In this document: positions 1 through 14,344 of the stretch, piece by piece | Numbering within the stretch: position 1 is the stretch's first letter | How the letters are laid out: each line of letters opens with the position of its first letter | Source: Zancudomyces culisetae HAW-14-8 | Taxonomy: Eukaryota > Fungi > Kickxellomycota | Length of the DNA: 64,000 bases | Direction of reading: 5' to 3' | Assembly (NCBI GenBank): GCA_052426225.1 | Contig: JBNJNM010000012.1 | Coordinates: 434,001-498,000, forward strand | The notes under the pieces: generated by a model | What the model was told of the DNA's origin: nothing | The model's database searches: none | Seen by the model: the letters and a program-made list of their open reading frames with translations, nothing else | Position numbers and translations under genes: made by a program

Positions 1-1580
1 CTTTTTCTACACAAGTTTTTTGTTTTGGTTTTTTTTATGGTGAAAATCCCTTTGAAATTATATCAATAGTCAACTTATTTCCACGCTCTTACATATTCTT
101 GCTCTTTTTTTTTATCCATAGACTATGATCCTCCTCCTATTCCTCCCCCCCCTACTTTGTTTACTAATTTATATCGCTATTTTTATTTCATATTCAAGTT
201 CATGGCTTTAGATGTTCGAATAATTTAATTTTTTTTATTTTGAGAATTTTTACCTCAATGTTTGGTAATCAATGTGTAAAACTGGGTGTACCATATCAAA
301 ACGATACTTTTTTATATTAAATTTGAAGTACGCTATTTTTATTTTAGTTGGTCGAAATATACAAAAGAATTAATTATACTATAATATACACATAAGAATG
401 TATTTTGTGCTTGTGTTTGTGATTGATGGTGCTATAGCAATAACAACGTCCAAATTGAAACTAGATAACCAGAACTCAGGAAAAGAATGCGTTTAATTAT
501 AGAACAAAAGAAAGAAAGAAAGAAGCGTTTATTCTGTTACCTTCAGTATAAAAATTGTAAACTGTTTTTCTGTTTGTGTCAATTGCTTAAGTATGACTAC
601 TTTTTGTATTATTTCTAGTAAAAAGTTTGATTAGTTTCAAAAAAAAAAAGCTAGTATGTGACACATTACAATACCATAAATAATAAACAGGATGTAGTCA
701 ATAAAACAAAACAAAATAAAACAAAAAAAAAACGCACAATTTTTGCAATTACTAGCAAGAGTAATAACAGCACAACCACTTCATCACAGTCATTATCACA
801 AGTTTTTCGCTATATTTTTTACTTGTGAACTGAATGATATGATTTTCTTACACTGACTAATTGGTGTTTCTCCTCCTCCTTCTCCCCATTTTGGCTCAAA
901 CATAGCACGAATTTCCAGCCATCTGTATAGCTTACCCTATATACCTAATGCCAATTTTTTGTTTGTTTGCTATTTTCATAAATCACCTTTGACTATGTTT
1001 GCAGTCTAGACTACCAGTAATATTTTCTGTCAGAAAATAGAAATTTGTATTATACAAAAATCCAACTCGCTCTACATTTTGACTTGTTACAGTATACACA
1101 CTAGACTGTAAGCGGTAGCTGACGCAATTCCCAGTATACAAATAGCGAGCAGATACGAGCATTTTATAGCGGATTCATTCTTGCAGTTATATAGGATGCA
1201 CCAATACAGAGCTTGGTCCAAATTAAGCAATTAACAAGGTTCGCATTGTACTTTCAGTGGTCGTAAAAAAAGCAAATGATACATTATATTCATAATAAGG
1301 GTTCTTGAAAAATGTGGGTTGGTAGCGATTAAGCAATTATAAATTATAACACAATAAAAAGGTACGCGAAAATCTAAATTACGCTCAAAAAAAGCGTGGT
1401 ATGGAGACGCTGTCAATACAGGTTTAAAATCAAACCATAGACATAAAAATAAAATAAAAGTCTTGGTTCGGGCTGGTTTTGTCTAGAGGTGTGCTTTGGG
1501 AAGGAAGGGGGAGTAAACCCAAAGAAAGGGCTTATAATACACAGAATCGGAAGGGGTGTATACGCAATAGAATGAGTACG

Positions 1581-4500
1581 CTAGTACGGATTGTAGTCAT
1601 TTCTTGGCATATTATAGTACGAGTAGTTATTGTAAAGATGTTGTGACTGGTAGTTTTTCAGAGGTGGTAGGTGGTTGTCATTAGAAGCATTTGGGGGATA
1701 CGGATTGGATAGGGGACCAAAATTCGAGGATCCAGCAGCATCAATGTTCTGGGGACTGTCCTCGTAATGGCCATGGTGCTCTGAAGAAAAGTACGCACTA
1801 CCATTGGCAGGAGTATTTCCAGTAGGTGGGTGATAATCATAATTCCCATTAAGCCTCTCTACCCCGGCATAATGCTGGTGGTTTTTGGTTTCAAGTTCGA
1901 CTGTAGAATATTGAGTATAGTTGTGTGAATGTTCATAGCCATGAACAGAGCTGGGATACTGATGCATAGAAGGAAGTGGCTCCCGAAAGTTCCAGCTAGG
2001 CCGTTGGGAGTAGAGCGATGGTGAGTGAATGAGGGTATGATTATGATTATGACTGTGGTTTTGATTATGATTTTGGTTTTGATTATGATTATGGTTCTGG
2101 TTGTGATTATGGTTCTGGTTGTGATTGTGATTGTGATTGTGGCCGTGTGTGTGTGGATATGTATGGGCAGTATGTTGAGAATAGTACGGTTGCGAGTGTT
2201 GCGGGGGTGATCTATTGAAGGGTGGACGGCGCTGAGATGCTCCAAAATCCATTGAGCTAATTGGTGGCAAAACTACTTTTTCTTGTACTTTGGGTTTTGC
2301 CTCCATAATTGGATTCAGGAACGAATTGGCACCTGAAATAAACGGTGATTTTTCTGAAACTACATTCCTGTAGGCTTCATACGATGTTGGCTCGTGTGAA
2401 GATGAAACCAAATCCACCGAGTTGTTCTCATAATAGCCACTTCGCCCCTCTACTACGCTCGAGTCCCTCATTTCCCATCTTCTTTCAGTTCCCATAATAT
2501 CTGCTTCGTCCTCACGTCTCTTCTCGAATGGTGTCTCCGTCTCTCTCCCATAATCAAAACCAGCTCTAGGTGACTCAACAGCACTCTTCCTGCTAACAAT
2601 ATCGCTTTTATACTCCGTAACTCTCCCTATGCTTTGTTGATCAATCGCTACCTTCGCTGGATAATCGTACCCGATATGAATTTGCTCCTCGTAGAAACGA
2701 TATTCATCCACATCATTGATGCTTTCTTTGCGTGTAGATGCCTTATTAGTACCAATGCTTGCAGCACGGCTAATTGCTGGTTCGGTTGGCGCTTTGCTGT
2801 TTTCCGCCTCCATTGCTCTTTCTATATCAACACTACGCTTCTCCACCTTGGGCACTATCGATTCTCCCATACCACTACCATCCGAATGATCTGACGTGCT
2901 GCATTTCTCAGACTGTGATATCATTGGATCCTCATCATACACATATGGTGTGATTACCCTCATATCAGCCTCTATTTCATCACTTTCCAGCCCGCTGAGC
3001 TCCAACAACCCTCGTGGTTCATCCCCATCTCTCTCCACTCTTTCTTCCGCACCCCTTGCTTTTTTGCTTCCCCTTTGTGCCAGCCCCTTCGCTTTCCGCT
3101 TCTTTGCTCTTCCCTCAACGTCTATTATTTACACATTATTTATTACATATTTTCCTGCCCATTATTTGTCCCATTGAAAAAAAAAATCGAATGGAAAAAT
3201 AATAGTCCGCTTTTGGTTCCAATCAACGCTGTTGGTTAGCTTTATCGGTAATTCACGGGAATTAACAAAAAAAGGAAAAATAACTTACCTGTTCCATAAA
3301 ATCCTGCAACATTGTCTTTTGAGAACAACTCCTTTGGTGCCATTCGTGATTTAAATTCATTTTCCAGTTTACATAATTTCTCTATACAAAGCGAAATCAG
3401 TGATTGACGCACATTGGCCCTTGTTGCCTAAAATTATTTTTATTAGTTAATTCCGTTCGATTATAAATTGAATTTTTCATTAAGCATTTGACAATGGTTG
3501 CACGCAATCAAGAATGCTGGATTTTTATTAATCCAAAAAGAAATAGCGCTATTTTTCCTCACTCGTTTTCTTTAATTAATACCGCAAACCCATTCGATGC
3601 AGCACACTTTTCTGATTTTGTTTACACAATTTCTTTTAACTCCCCCCCCTCTCAATTTACACAACTCTGCAATTTATTTTTTACAATCTCAGAAATTATT
3701 CCTCGGTTACCCAGTTACCCTGTAAAAAAAAAAGAAAATAGGGGGTGATAACTACAGATTTCAACTTGTAACTGCCCGAAATGCAAATCTGGTTGGTTTT
3801 AAAGCTCAAATTAGGTTCCAAAGCTGACTCTCAAAGACAGCCACTAAAATTATATCGCCTTCATAATCCTGTGTTACCAAACATCTTTTCATTTACATCT
3901 TGAAATCAGTCAATTTTTTTCCTCATGATAAAAGGATACTTGCTTTTTGAGTTGGGTTATTACCCGTGCTGCTCACTCACTTAAAATTACTAATTCTGCT
4001 TCTCTCATGTTCCTTTTGTTACCATTTCAACAATAAAAATAACGCAAACTTCCCCAAAACGTACACTTGTTTGACCATCACCCTTTTTCTAATCGAACTA
4101 CCTTAGGTTCACGTCATTTTTTTTAGGCCAAATTAAACCCAACCTTTATAGGAAAATTTTTTTTTGTCAGACCAAGGTATGCTTCAGCAAAATGATGGAA
4201 ATGACTGAAAATCCTATTCACTCGAAAATCAAGCTACCCTTGGCCAAATGCGCAGCCTGTCCAAGCATTCAAATAATAATACCACTCATCCACTTGACGA
4301 ATTATCTATTAACATCATAAATAAACTAAAACCCACCTGTAAGCTGGGAGGGAAAAACTTACCGTAAATGTAGCCATTATGCCATTCTTTGTCGACTCGT
4401 ACAGCCGCTCCTCAAAATCCTTTTTGTAGTTGTAGTGTAACCGATGTTTCTGAATCACCTCGCTCTTTTGCTTCTCCAATTCTTTCGTAAATGAAATAAT

Positions 4501-4856
4501 TGTGGGGTGTGTCAAATCATGTATTTGTTTTATCTCTGCATCGAGTTGCTCGCTCTTGACCTCAAAAAGCCTATAGAAAGTTCCATTGATACGCACATTA
4601 TTTAGTATTATCATAATCACCCCCTTGTCAATATCAAAAGATGGTTTGGTTCCCTCCAGAAAAAAAAAAAGTGCAGCCAAGTTATAAAGTTAATATAAAA
4701 CACTACTCGGTCTCTTTTCCTACCTTTTTTTTGCTAATTCGAATTTTTCCTTGATGCCTAGAAGCTTATCTTTTCCGTACCGGAGCTTTTTTTTCTTTTC
4801 AATGATTTCTGGTGTCTCTTCGCCTTCACCAGCGTCGTCTAATTCTAGCCAGTACT
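1581..4856 (-). CDS. Sds3-like (Sin3/Rpd3L HDAC complex subunit) protein with long low-complexity His/Asn-rich C-terminus; spliced, start codon upstream and unresolved
   Basis: Exons 4856-4724, 4570-4363, 3427-3289 and 3121-1581 join in frame via GT..AG. Coiled-coil ..KEKFELAKKRLFEVKSEQLDAEIKQIHDLTHP..RQSLISLCIEKLCKLENE.. and later LSGLESDEIEADMRVI resemble the Sds3/BRMS1 pattern. Confidence 0.65.
2030..2140 (-). repeat. Coding (His-Asn/Gln-Asn)n hexanucleotide-type microsatellite
   Basis: gattat/gattgt/ggttct repeats on + strand encode HNHNHNQNHNHNQN on - strand. Confidence 0.9.
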
Positions 4857-7800
4857 CTAAAAAGAAAAAAATACAGGTGTTAGTTTTATTCTATGCAAAA
4901 TCAAACAGATATATGTAACAGATACACATATAATAAGAGAAACATGGTCTTGTTGGTTGGTTTTTATATTGTAAAAAAAATCCCATTGTATCTCCCCTTC
5001 CATTCGTTCTATATATCACATCCATCTAAACTCCCCCTTTTTAACACACTCTCTTACCCCTACCCCTACCCCTACCACTATACCCCTTCTTCTTTGTACT
5101 CTCTACCTCACTTTACTCACTTGTGCTAGCATAGCTATACACCACAAGTTCCAATATTTCAAGACTTCAACCAAGTATTAAACGACACCATATATCACAA
5201 AGTCAAACATAAAAAAAGGTTCAACTTTGAATTTTTCAGCAGCACTACGTTTACCCTCCTGCTCGTGTTTGGTAGGATATATACAATGATGTTTATATAA
5301 ACCTGCTCTTTTGCTTGAGAGCAAAGTCTCGAAAAACAGTAGAGTTACCTTTATCCTCACTCTCAGAATCGTTATAGAACACCTCTGTTTTGAAGTATTC
5401 TTCATATGAATCCTGTTGTATAGACATTTTTATCGTATTCCAATGTTAATACATATAATATATAATTCTAACTCTTAGTGGAAAATGAAAAGCAAAAAAA
5501 ATAGGCCTTATTTTTATATTATGCACTTCACAGACAAAATTTTCCAAAAACATTTTATTGTTTGCCTAAAGTTGAGCATTACCTAATTAAAGGTAATAAA
5601 TTGTAAATTAGCTAAAATCTGAATATTTTTAAATGCATTTTTCACTTGACTTCTCACTCCTCTCCTGTTTTTCGTTTATTTTTTACCAATTTTTTGTAAC
5701 TAAATTTTTGGCTTTTTCCATGCTCATTTCTAAGTATGGCTATGGGCTGAAATTAAACATGAAAAACTGCTTTAATATACAAGTGTCACTGTTTATTTCT
5801 TCTACTCAAAAATATACTACTAGTATGGTCGTGTCACCAGAGTGTTTAATTTATCTATATTCTCTATATCTGTTTATCTTACTTTCTTCAAAAGAGTTTG
5901 ATATTTCCTTATAACCCTTGTGAAGTAATTTAACTGTAAAAAAAAAAGATTGCGGAAAAACTCTTCAAAGATGTAGTAGAGCACAATCAAATTCTTTCCT
6001 TATTTGAATCTTTATTTTTCACAGAAAATCAAGTTAAACCATCACTGTTTTTTCCAGTAACAATGGTTTAAATTGATTGTCTTTACTGTATTCACACATA
6101 ACTTGATCAGTATTTACAACTGTGGATTCTGTGCATGTTTAGCCACCGTTTTATAGATAAATGTAAGTAGAGAAAAAACATATACTAACGCTACTCTTTA
6201 CTTTTTACTAATACTAACCTTTCTCTGAAAAAATCAAGCTCCCACATCTATTTTGGGCATTTTAATAAGTCAGCCTTCTCTTATTTGCGTGGCAAAAATT
6301 AAATACAAAAAATAAAAACAAATTTTTTATTTGGTTTTATTAGTTTGATATTTTTTCATCTCAAATCTGCTGATTGATAAGTTAGTAAATGGTGATAAAA
6401 TTAGGCAAATCCAATTTTGTCAGCAGGAATTAGAATCTACACTTACGAAATGGCTAACCTTAATTATTTTAGACCGCTTTTTTTGTATTTTTTTGTACAT
6501 CATTTCCAATAAGAAATAAACGTAAAATTAAAAATAAGAAATCTAAAGGAGTTTTTTTTGGAGGGGTAAGGAAAAGAAGGGAACTTGTACTATATGCTTG
6601 GTCGCTTATTTCTTTTCTTAAATTCGAACATAGAAGACAGTTCGTTTGATATATTGAAACTATACTTTTTTTTTTGACCTGCTTTCATGGAAAAATATTA
6701 ATCCAATTAACCAACACATTCTGAAACTGCTTTATGCGGGTCGAATTGGGCGTAAACAAGGAAAACCGATTACTTGTGTATTTCGTTTATTTGTTTTTTG
6801 TACATTTTTTAAAATAAAAAAAAACATTGTCTATTTCAGATTTTTCATGGACAGAGTAAAGCGCTCTATCAGAAAAATATAAAGGAAAAAACGACTGAGC
6901 TTTTAATGCTATAATCAATCAAACATTCCACACCAAAAAGTTGAAAAGTTACTTTATTTTTTATTCGATGAGCAATGTAATAAAATGTGTTAAAAATAAA
7001 TTGCTGAATATTTAATTTTTGGAAATGGTTTATAAACTCTAGCGCTTTTTCCATTTACTTTGACAACAAATACCTTGGTTTTATGGAACACAAATCATGA
7101 CTTGGTTATAAAAATCATTGAGGTTGTGGTTAAAAATTACCGTGATTTTTTCGGGGAGTTTGCGAGAAAATGTTTATTTTGAAACGATCATCACAAACCA
7201 GCCTTGCCGTTTTAAGCTTCCTCACTTTAAATAACGATGCACTACTAATTAATTTCGTGGAAATTGACATTTATAACCCTTTTTTCGAATCCAAAAATCA
7301 ATTCACTAGATTTTAATTCTGGGAATATTTTTTTTTGCAACTTTGAAAATGGACACATCAAGTGAAAAAACAATATAATCCTAACAGTTAAATGCGAATG
7401 AGTATCAGTGTATGCAAACATGGGCGTTAACGTGTGCATATACCAACATCATATAGTTTTTAGGACAAGTACGTGCTTACATAACGGTATATACACTAAA
7501 CGTTTGCCATTCAATGGTTAACTCCCCTCCCCCACACTCACACATTCAAATGCGATTTTGTATGGGATTATTCAACACATTTCCAGTGAATCCAATTGGT
7601 ACAGTATCAACCTATCATGTTCCCAAAACCATGCTACTTGTATCACTTATCTACAAATAACACTTCTTTGCAGTCAGGAATCCATTTTTTTTTTGTATTG
7701 GTATTTTCTCATATTGTTTAGCTAATCGATGGAACAGAAAAGCTTATATAATCGAATTATTTTCACAATCAAACGAGTACAAAACACTCCTGCCTCATTC

Positions 7801-8754
7801 CTTCCCATATAACCATGACAGCCATTAGAGTAGTATTTCTAAGAGATATTGTACTATTTTAATTAGATCATGGGGTGAGAATCAATCAACTAGTAAGCTG
7901 TTTGCATGAATAAAAGTTGCAGATGTTTTCTATTTTGAAACCACGAGTCTTGTATGGAGAAAAAAAACACATAATCCTCTCCCCACACCCCCTCACTTTT
8001 CTCCTTGATTGACCTAAGGAAAATCTTGATCGCTATTAAGCAGGGTTGGTAACCTGTGATATAGCAAAATAAAATCTTTTTCACGTATTGATAAATACCT
8101 TTTAACCTTAAGCATAAAATAAGGTCAGAAACAGGTTTCTGTGTTGATGGTATATCCAGGTACACAAACAACAACACCTTCAGTCACCAAGTCTTTCTTA
8201 ACCTTGTTGGTTTTTCTTTGTTATTCTCACTTTCTTCATTTCCATTGTGTTGTATTGTTTTTCATACTATTATCCTAGTACAATCGTCTGGGTTTTACTA
8301 AATACAAGATGCTTATTATTTAGCAAATATGGTACAATTAATATACCAGACCAAGCGCAAATATAAATAAAATTGGTATCGAGAGTCCGGCAAGAGTCGT
8401 TTAAAGGGTATCGATGCACACGTTTTGATAGTATGTTACGCCTGACTGGTATCTTACACTAATCACTAGCTCGTTTACCAGACATTACCTCCTCTCTCTT
8501 TATCTCCCCTTTTTTCAATATTAGGCATTGAATAATGAGCAGAATTTTCACTGTAGAACCAAAATTTCGGCTCTTGAGTTTATCTTGCGAATGTACAAAC
8601 ACAAAACCACAATATCACTTCCTTTTTTTATCAGAGAATTTAGTGTATATAAACAAATTACTACTAAAAAAATGTGCAAATGAATATCTAGTGAACGAAA
8701 CAATATTTAATTCACCTAAAATGCGTAAAAAGAATGTATATGGGCCAAGGCTTC

Positions 8755-9795
8755 TTATTTCCCATACAAAACTTCAATTTGTGTCATCCTTCTCGATACC
8801 TTGTGAATATTAGGCCGTTTAATAAAATTTACATGTAGCATCTGAGTCACCAACCTAAAAAACTCTGTTGAAATGTTAAATGTTTTTCTAAGTGTCGTGT
8901 GATTTAGAAAGTATTCCTTAAATTCGGTGTTGTTGAGGCTTGCACATGACCAAGGATATGTTCTAAATGCAATAACAGTAAAAAGAATACCAAGTGACCA
9001 GATATCCGCACACCTAGTGTTGTATACTTGATGTTCCCCGATTATAAAAACTTTTTGAAAATTCTCTTTGTAAAAGCTTTGTGATATCGATTCGGGACAT
9101 GTAAAACGCGTGGTTCCACACCCAAACGATGTAGACCACAGGTTCGATGTTGACAAACCAAAATCTGCAAGTTTTAGACGTCCATCATCACCAACCAGTA
9201 TGTTTCGTGGTTTTATATCCCGATGGTAAATCCCAAAACTATGACACACAGTTACAGCACTAAGTATTTCAAATATCGCTCTTCTTATCTCTCTCTGATC
9301 ACATTTGATGTTTTTCCAAGGATTCTCAGGTAAGAGCTCTGAAAACAATAAATCGTTCAGCGTTCCATAGCGACAATACTCCATCGTCAATATATATTCT
9401 TTTTTTGTTTCTCCAAAGTATAGATATTTAATAATGTTGGTGCATATACTACTTAGCTTGAGACTCAATAGCTCATTCAAAAAAAAGTGTGTGTCTGTGT
9501 TTTTCCTATTCAATACTCTCTCTTTTAGAATAGATTTGACAACAAAGTGGCTCGCAGGTTTTTTTATTGTAGTTGCTCTGTACACACTACCAGAGACTCC
9601 CTTTCCCAATTCTGTTGAAAGTCTAAACATCTGCTCAATATTTTGTAGCCTAGCCATGTTGCGCCTGGTGCTTTTTACTTGAAAAGAGATTTCGTTTTGC
9701 GGACGTGGATTATATACTATCTTGACTTGAGTGACACGGTTATTGGGCGGCTGGTTCGTAACTCCAAATCGAGTATCCATTTCTTGACACAACAT
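8755..9795 (-). CDS. Ser/Thr protein kinase, Ran1/Pat1/Sks1-like, intronless
   Basis: GKGVSGSV loop, VVK, HRDIKPRN, DFG, activation segment STSFGCGTTRFTCPE (FGCG typical of the Ran1/Pat1 group), ADIWSLG, YPW. Confidence 0.85.
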   Translation of the reverse strand: MLCQEMDTRFGVTNQPPNNRVTQVKIVYNPRPQNEISFQVKSTRRNMARLQNIEQMFRLSTELGKGVSGSVYRATTIKKPASHFVVKSILKERVLNRKNTDTHFFLNELLSLKLSSICTNIIKYLYFGETKKEYILTMEYCRYGTLNDLLFSELLPENPWKNIKCDQREIRRAIFEILSAVTVCHSFGIYHRDIKPRNILVGDDGRLKLADFGLSTSNLWSTSFGCGTTRFTCPESISQSFYKENFQKVFIIGEHQVYNTRCADIWSLGILFTVIAFRTYPWSCASLNNTEFKEYFLNHTTLRKTFNISTEFFRLVTQMLHVNFIKRPNIHKVSRRMTQIEVLYGK

Positions 9796-10907
9796 AAAAT
9801 AAAGCCTATGACCTTTCTGTATATGATAATATCTACTATGTTTACGTTGTAGTATATTGTTATATCAAAAAAGCAGACACTAAAGTATACGGTACATTGA
9901 CACAGTCTGTATTAACCTGTAAACTTAAGTTAGTTAGAATAAGTTAATAATTGCTGGGCTATGTTTGTCGCACCAGTAATCTGTCTCTATAAAGTTGGTA
10001 ATTGCCAAAACGATCAAGTTATATACCCGTACCACTATACAAATATTGGTGTGCTCAAACAAAAATCTGCACAAAGTCAAACCACTTTATAGAAACAGCT
10101 CTAGATTTTTGCATTTAAATAGTATAACATTGTTTTGGTTATTAAGTTGGGTAGGCATTTGTTTAAAAACAAAGAGTATAAATGTACTTATTGTGCTGAA
10201 ATATATCAATTTTAGTAAACAAATAAAATACAATCAATGGATTGATGCTCACAAGGTTTAAAAATAAAGTTTACCAATTAGTATATTACATGTTCTTTAT
10301 TCCAACACCGCTATGCATAAAACAAAAACATCTACCCTCTAGCTAGTATATCGATATGCATTAGATTGTGCCCTACTATATGCTACACGCGGTTTTTACT
10401 CTAAATATGAGGGGGAATCAACATTTCAATAGGGGTCAGCTACACTGTTTATATACGGAAAGACATAGAAGAAAAAAAAACTTTTTTTTGTATTTTTCTG
10501 TGCAGTGCATAAAGCATAATATATCCAGTATTGATGTTTCTTGTGGTAAGCATGGCGATATAAAAAATTAAAATTTCATTCATAACAGTTTAAATGGATA
10601 ATAGTTCTAAATCAGTACAAAAGCAATTCATTCAAAAAACAAAATGGTTGGTTGGATTTCAATGGCTTAAGCTCAGCCGATTCGCTGATCTTACTTTTAT
10701 CTTTTTTTTATTGCTTTTGCCAGTTTGGTGGAAAAAAAGGATCAGAATACTCAGATAAGCTGAGAAAATACCAGATACTACTATTATTCAAATCACGCTG
10801 CTTATATTATCTAGTTTGTAGAGCCAGAAAAAAAAAAGTTTATTTTCACTGTTATACTTTCAAAATCAATCAAATCAATCAAATAAATCAACAACTGCCA
10901 TACGAGA

Positions 10908-13900
10908 ATGAGTGCTCTCCTAAAAAATGTCTCAGCATTTGGAGTTAGGGGCACAGTAAATCAGGGGGCAAGGAGGCTTCAAGCACAAGTACAGTGCAAA
11001 TCGCGACATAAAATTACGAGCTTTCATTCCTTGCAGCAAGGTTCGATCCATGCAGGTAGAATTTTGAACATTTCTACGAATTACTACAGCACTAAAAATG
11101 CAGTGAAAGAAAAGAAAGATAAAGGGGAGAATGACTATTCCAAAACAATGTTTTTACCAAAGACTGCGTTTGCTTTGCGAGCAAATGCAGCAGTAAGAGA
11201 GGCCGAGTTCAGAAAAGCTTGTGCAGAAGATTTATACTTTTGGCAATTAAAAAAAAATCCAGGAGATTACTTTGTACTTAATGACGGACCACCATATGCC
11301 AATGGAGATCTTCATTTTGGACATTTCACCAACAAGGTCCTTAAAGATATCGTGAATAGGTATCACATAGTAAAAGGGCGAAAGGTATTGTACATCCCAG
11401 GGTGGGATTGTCATGGGCTTCCGATTGAACACAAGGTTGTGAGCATGCTCAAAGCAAAAAAGGAGTCGTACAACATAGATCGGGTGCGAAAAGAGGCTAA
11501 AAAGTTAGCGTTGAATACAGTCAAACAGCACAAAAAAGAGTTTAAAAACTGGGGCATAGTTGGTGATTGGGACAATAGTTATAAAACATTGGATGTAGAC
11601 TATGAGATACGGGAGTTGAAGGTATTTAGAGAAATGGTTCGCCAAGGACTAATAAAAAGAGAGAATAGTCCAGTGTACTGGTCACCCTCATCAAATACAG
11701 CCCTGGCAGAGTCTGAACTAGAGTATAATGATAAATATGAAAGTAAAAGCGCATATATTAGATTTGAAGCAAACAATGCAAACGGCGAGCTAGACAGAGT
11801 ATTTGGCAAGAACCTGCGTGGAAAAAAGGTGAGCTATCTGGTGTGGACAACTACACCGTGGACATATGTGGCGAATAAAGCAGTTGCAGTCAGCGAAAGT
11901 AGTGAATACGTTCTTGCTCAACCAAGAGACAAGGATGAATACTTTGTAGTGGCAGCAGAACTTGTGGAAAAGCTAAATATGGTACTACACTCAGAGCTAA
12001 ATGTGATATCAGACCAAATAATGGGTCAAAGACTGGTAGGGTTAAGCTATCTACATGGATTTACAGGAGAAATGCATCCAATAATAGCAAGTAAGTATGT
12101 GGTAATGGAAAAGGGTACTGGGCTTGTTCATACAGCGCCAGGACACGGGAAAGAGGACTTTGAGGTATGTAAAGAGCATGGGATAGGTCCATATTCACCA
12201 GTCGATGGAGAAGGCAGATTCACAGAAGACGTAGGTGCCGAATATGCGGGAAAGTTTGTTCTAGGTGAAGGAAACGAAATGTTGCTGGATTATTTAAAAA
12301 CGAATGATCTGTTGGTACAAACAATGAAAATAGTTCATAGTTACCCAATCGATTGGAGAACAAAGCAACCGATAGTTATTCGCGCGACACCACAGTGGTT
12401 TGTAGATATCAGTGAGCTCAAGCTTAAAGCGGCGGATTTGCTCGACAAAGAAGTAGGAATAATCGTTCCTGAGAGCGGGAAGACCAGGTTAACGAACTTT
12501 GTTAAAAGCCGAAATAATTGGTGTATCTCAAGACAAAGACCGTGGGGTACGCCGATACCGGTGTTATATGAAGAGGGGACAGACGAGCCATTAATGACGC
12601 TCGAGTCAATTGATCACATTATTGATGTGTTGTCAAAAAACGGGGGTAGTGAAGCATGGTTCAGTATAAAAGACGAGAATGCTTTTATAGCACCTATGTA
12701 TCGAGAGAGTCTCAAAGAAAGCGGCAAGAAATATTATAGAAAAAATGATACGTTGGATGTATGGTTTGACAGCGGAACTTCGTGGACAATGTTACAAGAA
12801 AGACTGAGAGCGGTAGCCGGGGACAACGAAAAGGTGGTGGATAGGGTAGCAGATGTGTACTTGGAAGGAAGTGATCAGCATCGTGGATGGTTCCAATCCT
12901 CATTGGTTTTGAGTACAGCAGTTGAGGGAAGATCGCCATTCAAAGTACTGTATACACATGGATTTTTGCTTGACGAAAAGGGAGAAAAGATGTCAAAATC
13001 CATTGGTAATGTAATTTCACCAATGGAATATATTAATGGAAAAGTCATAAAACAGCTATCAAGCGAAGAAAAAAAGGGCGGAAACATAGTGATACCAGCA
13101 TACGGCGTGGATGTTCTCAGGTTGTGGGTAGGACTGCACGATACTACAACAGATGTAATGATAGGTCCACAAATAATATCTATAGTATCTCAACAAATGC
13201 GCAAGCTGCGTGGTGCTATCAGGTTTATACTTGGTAATCTGCACAAATTCGATGTTAACACACACAAGGTAAAATATGAAGATTTATCAAACCCATTGGA
13301 TAGATACATGCTAGACAGGTTGCAAGTGGTTATGAGCGAGATCGTTGGAAATTACAATGGGTATATGTTTTACAAGGGGATGCAATCGCTATTTAGGTTT
13401 TTGAACACTACATGTTCGGCACTGTATTTCGATGTGGTTAAGGATCGATTGTATGCCGACACCTTTGACAGTGCAAGTAGACTTTCCGCGGTCACTGTGC
13501 TTTACCATATACTGAACCATATCTTGTTTGTAATATCACCAATTACACCACATTTTGCACAGGAGGTCTACCAAAGCTGCTCGAAAGTTTACCAAGATGA
13601 AATTAACCACGAAAATGAGAGTGTGTTTGGGCAATTTGACTTTTTCAAAAATAATTTGGCCGTGAATATAACAGATGATGCCTCGATAGGCCCAACGAAC
13701 AATTGGATCAATAACGAACTTGAGAACGAGTTTAATAATCTGCTGCATATCCGATCCCTGGCAAATGCATCCATCGAAACGCTTAGGACGAGCAAGTAAG
13801 TATATTTACTCTTTTTCTTTGATATATATTTTTAAATTTTTGGCTGTGTTTTTTTCTTGCGTATCCCGCTTGGGTTTGGCGAAAAAAGTGAGTATGTTAT

Positions 13901-14344
13901 GACCAACATTCGCTTATTACACCCGTGTTGAAAACTATAATTCATTAGGGTGATCGGAAGCTCTCTAGAGGCAGAGATTGAAATAAATATTAACGATGAC
14001 CCGAACAACCAGGAAATGTTGGATGTATTGAGAAAATATGGTAAGTGTGTTGTGTTGTGTCGTGTTGTGTTGTTTATCGATATTGTGTTGTACCTTGGCT
14101 AGCAAATCCTGATAAATTAAAATACAAAAATACATTAAAACTATGTTAAAACTTAGAAACGGAACTTCCAGGCCTCTTTCTGGTATCCAAGGTAAACATA
14201 AATCCGCGTGCAAGCGGTGCGAATTTTGGAATTGTAGTTCATGCCAAAAAGACACAGTTAGGAAAGTGTGCTAGGTGTTGGAGATATAGTATCAAAAATG
14301 GCGCAGACACTCTCTGTCAGAGATGCATTGAAGCCATTAATTAG
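10908..14344 (+). CDS. ISM1: Mitochondrial isoleucyl-tRNA synthetase
   Basis: N-terminal presequence-like region; DGPPYANGDLHFGH, PGWDCHGLPIE, WCISRQR, DVWFDSG, EGSDQHRGWFQ, KMSKS. Exons 10908-13795, 13949-14040 (IGSSLEA) and 14157-14344 (C-terminal Zn finger CARC..CQRC, TAG). Confidence 0.95.
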
